From the NCBI GenBank assembly GCA_012295275.1, contig CM022674.1, positions 14,694,001 through 14,758,000 on the forward strand: a stretch of DNA of 64,000 nucleotides. The letters are read 5' to 3'. This stretch comes from Chrysomallon squamiferum. Lineage: Eukaryota; Animalia; Mollusca. The notes under the pieces are model-generated. The model searched no databases. It saw only the letters and a program-made list of their open reading frames with translations, and was not told the DNA's origin. This document shows, in pieces, positions 53,922-64,000 of the stretch. Every line of letters starts with the position of its first letter. Position 1 is the first letter of the stretch. A program made the translations under genes and the position numbers.

Positions 53922-54763
53922 CTAAAACATACAAACAAAAACAAAACTTAAAACACATACACACACACACAAAAACAAACAACAAACAAAAAATCATAAG
54001 TAAAACAAATGGGATGCTCAGTGATCTAAGCTGGACTAATTTGATTATCATCGGCAGAGATTATCGAAGGCAGAATACATTAACAACATCAGATTTGTTT
54101 TAGAAAATTTATTTACTTGTAATACCCATAATGTTACGCTTCAAAATAGCGACAATTTCATCCAAAATAATAACATAGGTATAAAACGAAAGCAATGAAA
54201 ACAAATCAAAAATAGTTAAAAACTCTAAAACACTACTTAATAAACTTATACACTGAGTGAATGTTTTATTAAACATTTTTACAGTCACATGCAATTATGC
54301 ATAAAGATTTTGACGTTTTAAACTAACAGCATCAAAATTGCTGGTCAATCTCTTATGTTATCGGAAGGAAAGAAAGAAAGTTTATTGTCAAATGTAAGAG
54401 TTATCTCCCGCATCAAGAGACTGGTATTTTGTTCAACGCTAATGCTTTCATTTCTCTCAGAGCAACTCAGTTAAAAAACCTGTTAAAGGTTATAGTGATA
54501 GTTGGGGATTCCCAAACTGCCAAAGAGGCCAATTCACACTTTCAGCTGCCTTCAAAAGCCATAATTAATCGATGCAGTGAGTTTTATTATTATTTAAAAC
54601 TGAATTGTTTTATATATTTAAAAAAAAAAGAAACTAACTTAAAGATATTTTATCGATTAGATTTAGTCGTTTAGTCACTAGTATGAAGAAATGAAACGTA
54701 GCACTAGCAAGCATTTTTGACTTTCACAAATTTAACTAGAATATGGAATTAACTGGATAAACT

Positions 54764-54806
<43 letters not shown>

Positions 54807-55173
54807 TATATGCTTTTAACAAATGTTTGTAATATTCAGTTATTTGAATTTTTAAAATATATATATTAATTTTAAAAAACCTGTAATATTTAAGATATAT
54901 GATGATTTGTAATTGTAAAATTATTAAGAAAAGCAGATATTTCATACTGTAAAATTTATTTCAAAAGAAGGTAATATTGATAATGATTGTTTTTAAGTTG
55001 TAAAATTATTTAAAAAAAAAAAAAATTATATTGATAATTATTATTTCAGAGTAAAATTATTTTTAATATTGATAATAATTATTTAAAAAATTGTGATATT
55101 TATAATGATTACTTCTAATTGTAAAATTATTTAAAAAAATGAAATATTGATACTGATTGTTTCAGATTATAGG

Positions 55174-55845
55174 ATGGGACAGACGACATCACGTCAAGAA
55201 TTTCTAAACGAGGAAATGACAGACCCTCGTACTAGAGACTGGTTTACTCTGAGCATTGCTCTGAGAGAGGCCACAGAGGCGCTGGCAGTCTGCATGCACC
55301 ACAAGATTTCTGTCATGCACAAACGATCACGACGTGCGCAGGGAAATCTGTGTCCGTGTCACAAGAACTGCAGTCAGGCAAAGGAGTCGCAGTGGTGTGT
55401 GACGTGTAACTGGTGGAAAGGTGAGATTTACTCGCTGTGTAAAGATGACTACAAACAACGCATCAACTGGTCTCGATACCACTCGGGCCTGTGGCCAAAC
55501 AACCCGTACGAGTTCGCCAGGGTGTTCATTCCCCGAGCGCACAGGTTCTACTACAAGTCCAGTGAGTTCCACGAGGACATCCGCTTCTCACTCAGTCTGC
55601 TGGAAAACTGCGTCGAGTTCGATGTGCCTAAAGAACTGATGCAGAAGGCGTGGATTGTGCGCAGCAGCTTCCGTCGCAAAGGGAAGATGAAGATAAGGAA
55701 GAGTGACTTGAATCAAGCACTGAAAGTTTTGTTGAGTCTGCTGTCCTTGCCCACCATAGAGTCTCATCAAGCAATTCCTCCTGCCATCGAAAAACTCAAA
55801 AAACTGTCCACAACAATAGAGGAAAATGGCTGCTGTATTCTGTAA
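55174..55845 (+). CDS. CXorf38/DUF4559-like (HEPN-fold) protein, 223 aa, single coding exon
   Basis: Acceptor ttgtttcAG (55164-65) then aggATGG. Collinear similarity to remembered human CXorf38: [102 protein letters not shown]. Clear GC-rich coding composition. Confidence 0.85.
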   Translation: [223 protein letters not shown]

Positions 55846-56873
55846 TCATTTCATCATTTATTTTATTTCCTGTTGGTTTTTTAATACAAAATAACACTGA
55901 CATTTAAAATAATTTGTTAAAACTATATATAATTTATAAAGTTTTACCAAAAATTAAATCAGAAAGGATCAAACCATAAAGTGATTAAAACGAAATTATC
56001 AGAACAACCTAAAACTGAACAAAATATCAGCTTGATTGTATTTTTAAATACAAAAATTGTTTATACAGTTAAATAAGAAGTAGATTTTTATATATATATA
56101 TATATTTTATATGATATGATTTAATTTATAAATCTGGCTGAGAATAAATCAACCATATTTAAATATTTATATTTAATGTTTTAAACAGACATTCCAGTAA
56201 TATTAATACATTTTGACATAATGGTCCAGTTTTGTGTCAGTGATATAACAACATTGTCTGACAAATAAGAAACAGATCAATGTTTGTAAAATTATTTATT
56301 GTTTGAACATGGAAAATGTTTTAATATTGCATAGTAATTAAAAAATAAAATCAGTTTTTTATTTGTTTAAAATATTTATTTATTTTAATAAAGAAGTATG
56401 CTATTAATTTCCTGAAGTTAATGACAAGGAGAATTCCGTTCTTTATAGACAGAAGATTCACTGTAAAATTAAAGACATTTTTATCTCCCTTGCATTCATT
56501 TTTCTTTTTTAAAATGTTTTGTTTCAAAATTAAACTTTTATCTCTGTTACTTGTGTTAAGATTTTAATTTAAATTTTTTATTTTTTTATTTTGACAAATG
56601 TTAATAACAGTTGATGGTTATTTTAAAATTTTAACACTTAAATATGTCAGAAGTTTTAAATTAGACCTTGGTTTTAATTTTAAATATTGTTGAACTCACA
56701 GATCAATGTGTTAATGAATGTCTAACATAAAATACATTTTATTACAGCTTCATTATTATCATTATCACTCTTCTTTCTTACTATTCTTATTATGGTTGTA
56801 TTGTTTTTATTTTAATATTAGTATCTTTAACATTATCATTATTTTATTAGTATTATTATCATCATCATCATCA

Positions 56874-56934
<61 letters not shown>

Positions 56935-57119
56935 CATCATCATTGTCACTGTCTGACAGGACTGTTGTGGCTGGTTGTCTTGTGAAGAAATTAAATTTCT
57001 TATTATCTACAAAATGACTATGTTTTCAGTAAACTTGATTATGTAGAAACCATGGTAACCAGTGACTGTAATAAACTGGATTGACATCATCTCTTTGTTA
57101 TTCCTCATTTAGCACTCTC

Positions 57120-57783
57120 TGTATATGTGTGATATGAGAGTAAGTGTATGTGTGTATGTATGTGTGTTAGTATGTGTGTAGTGAGAATGTATGTATGTGT
57201 GTATTATAAGTGAGACAAAGTTTGTATGTATGTGTTAGTATGTGTGTGTATGTGTGTGTATAAGAGAGACAATGTATGTGAGAAGTATGTGTTAGTATGT
57301 GTGTAGTATAAAAGAAAGTTTTTGTATGTGTATGTATGTGTAGTGTGATGTGTATGTATGTTACTATGTGTGTGTAAAAAGAAAGTTTGTATAATGTGTG
57401 TAGTGTATGTGTATGTATGTTATATGTGTGTAGTGTGAGAGAATGTATGTATGTATGTGTTGAGATAATGTGTGTGTTAGTATGTGTGTAGTGTGAGAGA
57501 AAAATTTGTGTGTGTTATGTATGTATTAGTATGTGTAATGTATAAGAGAGTTTGTATGAAAATATGTGGGAATATGTATGTCTTAGTATGTGTGTGAAAG
57601 TTTTATATATGTGTAGTATTGTGTGTAAGTGAGAGAAAGTTTGTGTGTATGTATGTGTTTATGGTTGTGTGAGAGTATGTGTATTATGTGTATGTAAAGG
57701 CTGTTAGTATGCATGTGTGAAAGATTCATAAAATTGATTTATGTGTGTGTGTGAATGTGTATGAATGTGTGTGTTAGTATGTG

Positions 57784-57815
<32 letters not shown>

Positions 57816-58092
57816 AGTATATTTGTGTTTGAAAACATGGGTGCATGCATGTCTATGGTGTGTGTGTGTGAATATATGTGTGTATTGTGTTTGTACATGT
57901 GCATGCATGTGCATGTGTGTGTGTGTATGCATGTGTGAAAGATTCATAAAATTTATATATAGTGTGAATGTGTATGAACGTGTGTATATATTGTGTGTAT
58001 ATATATATATGGAGAGAATTTAGAAAATGCATGTACATGTATGTGTGTGGGAGAGAATTAGAAAATGTGTATGTATGTGTGTGTGTGTGTAT
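57120..58092. repeat. TG/TATG-rich low-complexity tract
   Basis: Direct inspection. Confidence 0.9.
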
Positions 58093-58486
58093 TTGTACAA
58101 TTTTAGAATTAAAATTACAATAGTCTAATCAAATTATCCAGCCCACACAATGTCTTATTTGCTTGTGATCAGCTTCATTATAGTTTATTATTTAACTAAA
58201 AACTTCTGCATTTCCGTCATTAATCACCTTGTTACCATTTCCACAAGGAGTTTTAAATCAACAAATATTCTTGACTGTGTTTTCGCTGATATTTACTGTA
58301 ATTACTCTGCTATTAGAACTGTGCAGTGAAATCTTTCAGGATTCCTGACATGTTTTGAGGATGGTTTGTTAGAGAAGACATGCTGATTACTTTTACTTAA
58401 TGCTATGCAACACTTTCACAGTTAATAAAAATCTAACAGCAATTCTTTGCTTTGTAACAGTATGTCATTTTCAGCAGAATTTTATA

Positions 58487-58692
58487 AATCTTAAGTATTC
58501 AAATATTTTAGAATTCCTACAGATTATAAATAAAGAATTTTAGTCTGAATCCCACAGAATCCCAATCTTTTAGTATCACCACCCTCTTTGTAGAGAGAAA
58601 AAATCTTGGAAAACTGCTGTTCATAAATTTTTTACCATTTTGTTTTTCATCTTTTAAGTGAAAACAGATTTGTAATCAGTGCATAACAGTGT
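58487..58692. repeat. Long inverted repeat, left arm (206 bp)
   Basis: Reverse complement of 61568-61774 with about two differences seen by eye. Confidence 0.93.
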
Positions 58693-58876
58693 CAGTGGCT
58701 AGAAAAAAGTTACAATTTTTATATAACAAAATGTATGTAGAATACTGAATATACAGTATTGTTTAGATCACTGATTAGGCCAGTTAGGCTAGATTAAAGA
58801 AAGAGGTTTCATACTGGGCAGGGGTGATGCTTGGGTGCAGCTTACTGATTTTGATAGATTTAAACTAACTACTGTA

Positions 58877-59230
58877 AACTATTTATAAAATGTCCCAGGT
58901 TAAAATGTGTTTCACTACATATTCTAGAGCTTGGTCTAGTATCAGAAAACTATTTATAAAATGTCCCAGGTTAAAATGTGTTTCACTACATATTCTAGAG
59001 CTTGGTCTAGTATCAGAAAACTATTTATAAAATGTCCCAGGTTAAAATGTGTTTCACTACATATTCTAGAGCTTGGTCTAGTATCAGAAAACTATTTATA
59101 AAATGTCCCAGGTTAAAATATGTTTCACTACATATTCTAGAGCTTGGTCTAGTATCAGAAAACTATTTATAAAATGTCCCAGGTTAAAATGTGTTTCACT
59201 ACATATTCTAGAGCTTGGTCTAGTATCAGA
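58877..59230. repeat. 71-bp tandem repeat, 5 copies
   Basis: tgtcccagg at 58891, 58962, 59033, 59104 and 59175. Confidence 0.97.
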
Positions 59231-60064
59231 AGTATGTTTAGTTTGAATATTATTCATAGCAATAAGGGTGGTAACAAAATCTATTGTGTATACCAAACAT
59301 GCAACTCGCAAAACAAAGTTGTGATGGAAATGCATCAGAATGTCTTCGTGGTATTGGGTGGGACATCTGCCTAATCACCAACATTAAAATCAAATAACAT
59401 CAACAAAAATTTGTGTTTACTGTGTCTTTCATTGCTAAGTCATTTCTTAATTAATTGTGACTTTTTTCTCTGTGACCTTTTTCCCTAGATTCACAGAGTC
59501 ATCTAATTCTGTAATTATGTAAATATAAACCATTTCAAACAAATTCTAAGACAAATGGAAATCAAATGCAACTAATGGTTGTGTACAAATATATGAAGAA
59601 CATGTACTATGCTTTGAGGCCTACATTTTTGCTTACAGTTTACTGTTTAACTTTAAACTTTATCTTGATGTAGATTAGCTGATCTCTTCTTCTTTAAAAT
59701 GTATTTACAAATGAAGGAATGATATTCCACAGGCAGCAAAACTTCAGATATGTGTTTATCCTTTCTGGTCAGTAAATATATTATGTTGCAGTCATTTTGA
59801 ATTTTCTCGTAATTGTCATGTCTATACAACAAATTGACAATAAAAGTTACAGATAATGATTTCTGGTGAAAAAAGTTTTCCCAGTAAAATTTACTAATCG
59901 TTTTAATGCAGTAGTAAGATGTATTAATATTTAATCTGATATTTAGTAGTTCAAGAAGTACAATTTAATATGGTATATCTATCTATCTATCGATCTATAT
60001 ATCTATCTATCTTTTCATTACCATCATTCTTAAAACAAAACACTTTAACATGAAATATTATTAC

Positions 60065-60118
<54 letters not shown>

Positions 60119-60417
60119 ATATTTACTTTGGTGTTTTGTTTCATCCTTTTTTCTTTTAAGCTTCTTTTCTTTATTTCATTTCTTTTTTGTTTTTAGTTTT
60201 TTTATGGGGGCAAGGTTTGTCCACGGAGATCTAATAGTTTTCATGAGCTAAGAATAATTTACAGATATAAATAAAAAGAAGAAAACAACAAAAAAAGACA
60301 ATCTCTAAAATAAAAAAACTGCCCATGCTGGAATACTGTGCAATTGTTAATATAGATTACACAAGATAATAAAACTCAGTCACATGTTTATGCATGTGAA
60401 ATTTCCATTATTCAAAA

Positions 60418-60494
<77 letters not shown>

Positions 60495-60643
60495 CTATAT
60501 CTAACTTTTTCTCTTCCTCAGTCTAAAATTGTTCACAAAGAACTGATTTCATTGCTTCTGTTACTGTTACCATTAGTACTGCTGCTGCTATTATAACTAA
60601 AATAATAGTAATAATAATAATAATAATAATAATAGTAACAGTA

Positions 60644-60686
<43 letters not shown>

Positions 60687-61567
60687 CGATAATCATTAAC
60701 ATTCAGTTTATAATTATCCCAAAGTTAAACTTCTTTGTGCTCGCGATGCTAGTGAGTATATCTTTGAATTTTTCTTTAAAATAAATTTCATAATTTAATC
60801 ATGTTCCATCTTATCTTTGATTGCATTTACCACTGTCAGTGAGTGATGAATCTTTCATTTCAGGCAATCTGTTGAGAAGTTATACTGAAAAGTCACTGTG
60901 TATAGACTTCCTGAATTATTCAAACATGCTACAGATTGCCTGTAACATACAGACAGACAGACAGACAGATAGACAGACAGACGGACAGACAGACAGGGTA
61001 GCTGGTTAGTTTTTTAAACATTTGGTTATCACTGTTTTCCTATCAGCTTTTGGAAGCTGAATGTCTGAGGTTCTGTCTAGTATTTTGATAGAAAAAAATA
61101 AAAAAAATCTGGTCAATTTTTGAATATTTTTGTCTTCATGAAAAAGATAAACTAGTGTAGATTGATTTGGGGTTTTGAGTAAAACATAAACAGCTAGAGG
61201 GGGAGGTTTTGAAAAATTAAAATTAAAAATTATGTTAGTTTTATTTTCACATAAGACAAATTTTATTTTTAAAAATTAAATACAAAATCAGCTGCTAAAT
61301 CTAGTGTGGATTTTAAATAAAGTTGTGTTGAAATGGATTTAAATGATATTTAGATTTAACAAATGTTTTCACCAGAAAATACAAAAGAAATTTTGTTTTA
61401 CTTAGCTCGATCTAGATAAATTTTAAGCAGTTCTTAACAGACAACACAAAGTAAAATGTCTCAAAGTGTTCTTCTTACATTTGTACAGGACCTTTATTTT
61501 TGTTTAATTTTCATTTCTTAGAATTTACTTGAAATGGTTTATATTTATAGGATTTGAGAAACAGATC

Positions 61568-61774
61568 ACACTGTTATGCACTGATTACAAATCTGTTTTC
61601 ACTTAAAAGATGAAAAACAAAATGGTAAAAAATTTATGAACAGCAGTTTTCCAAGATTTTTTCTCTCTACAAAGAGTGTGGTGATACTAAAAGATTGGGA
61701 TTCTGTGGGATTCAGACTAAAATTCTTTGATTTATAATCTGTAGGAATTCTAAAATATTTGAATACTTAAGATT
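61568..61774. repeat. Long inverted repeat, right arm
   Basis: acactgttatgcactgattacaaatctg...gaattctaaaatatttgaatacttaagatt. Confidence 0.93.
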
Positions 61775-62204
61775 GGATGTGAAATATAACATAATTATGG
61801 CATTGGTTAAGATAATTTAGATTTTTTTTTGTTTTGTGTTTTTTGAACTTTATCTTTAGATGGACTGGAAAGAACAAACAAATTCATGTATTTCGTAATC
61901 TTCATTAAGAGAACCAAACTTTTTATTTTGACACAGATATTTATTTCGTTAATTAAATTACAGGCTATGTCAGAGTTTTGGTGTTTATTCATTACTGGTT
62001 GTAGCTTTGTCACTTATTTCACTGATTTGTTCTGCGTGTTAAAGTTTGACAATTCAGACTTTGACACCACCACGTACACACCTGTTTTTGTCAATTTACC
62101 TGTAATTATGTGTTAAAGAACAAAAACTACATGGTAGTCTAAGAGTCTAACAAATTGTCTCTTTGAAAATAATTATCAAAAACATTAAACGAAAATATTG
62201 TACA

Positions 62205-62868
62205 ATACTGAAATTATTGATAAAACTGAAGTTATTTTATAATCCTGGAACTATGGCAATACTGAAATTATTGTTTAATATTAACACTGTTGTATAATCC
62301 TGGAACTATTGTAATATACTGAAATTATTGTTTAATATTAAAACTACTGTATAATCCTGGAACTATTGTAATATACTGAAATTATTGTTTAATATTAACA
62401 CTGTTGTATAATCCTGGAACTATTGTAATATACTGAAATTATTGTTTAATATTAACACTGTTGTATAATCCTGGAACTATTGTAATATACTGAAATTATT
62501 GTTTAATATTAAAACTACTGTATAATCCTGGAACTATTGTAATATACTGAAATTATTGTTTAATATTAAAACTATTGTATAATCCTGGAACTATTGTAAT
62601 ATACTGAAATTATTGTTTAATATTAACACTGTTGTATAATCCTGGAACTATTGTAATATACTGAAATTATTGTTTAATATTAAAACTACTGTATAATCCT
62701 GGAACTATTGTAATATACTGAAATTATTGTTTAATATTAAAACTATTGTATAATCCTGGAACTATTGTAATATACTGAAATTATTGTTTAATATTAACAC
62801 TGTTGTATAATCCTGGAACTATTGTAATATACTGAAATTATTGTTTAATATTAAAACTATTGTATAAT
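62205..62868. repeat. 57-bp minisatellite, ~11 copies
   Basis: tataatcctggaactattgtaatatactgaaattattgtttaatattaacactgttg. Confidence 0.96.
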
Positions 62869-63310
62869 ATTAAACTACAGTAGAAAAGTGAATTGACAGT
62901 TTCTCTGGAACTAGTGCATAATCTTAGAACACACACACACACACACACACACACTTCACACAAACATGCACACATACACACTTCATACAAACATGCACAC
63001 ATGTACTCACAGACACACGCTAGATGAAACATGCTGCATTAAAAATTATTATGACAATCTAGGAGAAAACAAAATAAAGTAGATTTTTTTCAGATTTATT
63101 TTTTACACACATCTAACAACACAAAGTATACAGATAATGTCCTTTCCAGATTAAATAGAAAAATATTTCATACTTTACAACTATTCTTACATTCTTAATC
63201 AAAAAGCCAAAAGCAAGGTTCTTCAATAATATGTAGATACAGGCTTCTTAATAAAACAGATTAATATAGCTGATGTAGAAGAAGCGAAAATATAAGCCAA
63301 AACTGAAATC

Positions 63311-63364
<54 letters not shown>

Positions 63365-63396
63365 TGATGATGATGATAGATATAATAATAATAATA

Positions 63397-63450
<54 letters not shown>

Positions 63451-63564
63451 TAAATAAATAATAAAATTAAATAGTAAGAAGAAACAAAAACTCAGGTACA
63501 AAATGTCCTAAGAAAAAAAATAAGTAAAACGAAGTAAGAAATAATAGGATTTGAAAATAAAATA

Positions 63565-64000
63565 CAGTGGGACCTCGGATTAGGAACCGTGATCTGGGGC
63601 AAGTTTGGTCTCGGTTTACGAATCCGAGTTACGAACTTCAGCGACGCGCCACGACAAGCTTTCTTTTGACGTCGGTTTTGACGTCATCATGTAGTAAAGA
63701 TAAGAATAGATGCTTACATCAAACCGAGATCAAAGTCAGGATTATATGCATGGCCTAGAGCAAATATATATCATGAATTAGGACCCTTTGTCTTCGATAT
63801 ACAGTTGCAGCTCAATAGCTTTTGCACTGAGACTGTGCGTTCGCATTTTTAAAAGTGTTGCTACTTTTATGGCGCCCAAGAAAACAAAAAGTGAAAGTGA
63901 GAATGCTGGCGGAAAGTATAAACGTATCACAGAGAGGTAAAGAAATAAATAATTGCAAAACATGAGAATGGCGACATTGTGTCTGACATCACTTCGGTTT
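63565..64000 (+). mobile_element. Left end of a pogo/Tigger DNA transposon with start of a disrupted transposase; truncated by window edge
   Basis: TA|CAGTGGGACCTCGG terminus; CpG-rich; ATG at 63869 MAPKKTKSESENAGGKYKRIT / frameshift / EVKK*IIAKHENGDIVSDITSV, matching the CENP-B-type N-terminal HTH of Tigger transposases. Confidence 0.85.

Overview
AT-rich, microsatellite-rich animal genomic DNA with spliceosomal introns; invertebrate, plausibly a mollusc (inferred from composition and repeat style, not proven). Four protein-coding genes were reconstructed by hand from GT/AG sites and reading frame: (1) the last two exons of an SDR16C/RDH10-like short-chain dehydrogenase (+, 15-472); (2) SPSB1/4-gustavus (-, 6504-8278, two coding exons); (3) a ~15-exon GOLIM4/GPP130-like Golgi type II membrane protein (-, ~22724-51916, ~753 aa) with a poly-Q tract, a 16-aa coding VNTR and one 1-bp frameshift; (4) a single-coding-exon CXorf38/DUF4559-like HEPN-fold protein (+, 55174-55845) that appears to lack the HEPN catalytic His and has lipidation motifs at both ends (MGxxxS and CCIL). 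Also present: several Tc1/mariner-superfamily elements (Tigger/pogo, Tc2), a probable Mutator remnant, a 206-bp inverted repeat pair and more than 20 minisatellites. The most unusual signal is tandem arrays built from functional junctions: ~46 copies of a GOLIM4 exon end plus splice donor, degenerate copies of an AG|GT acceptor, and ~8 copies of a transposon terminus. Family assignments rest on remembered sequences; no database search was run. Most ORF-track entries are repeat artefacts.
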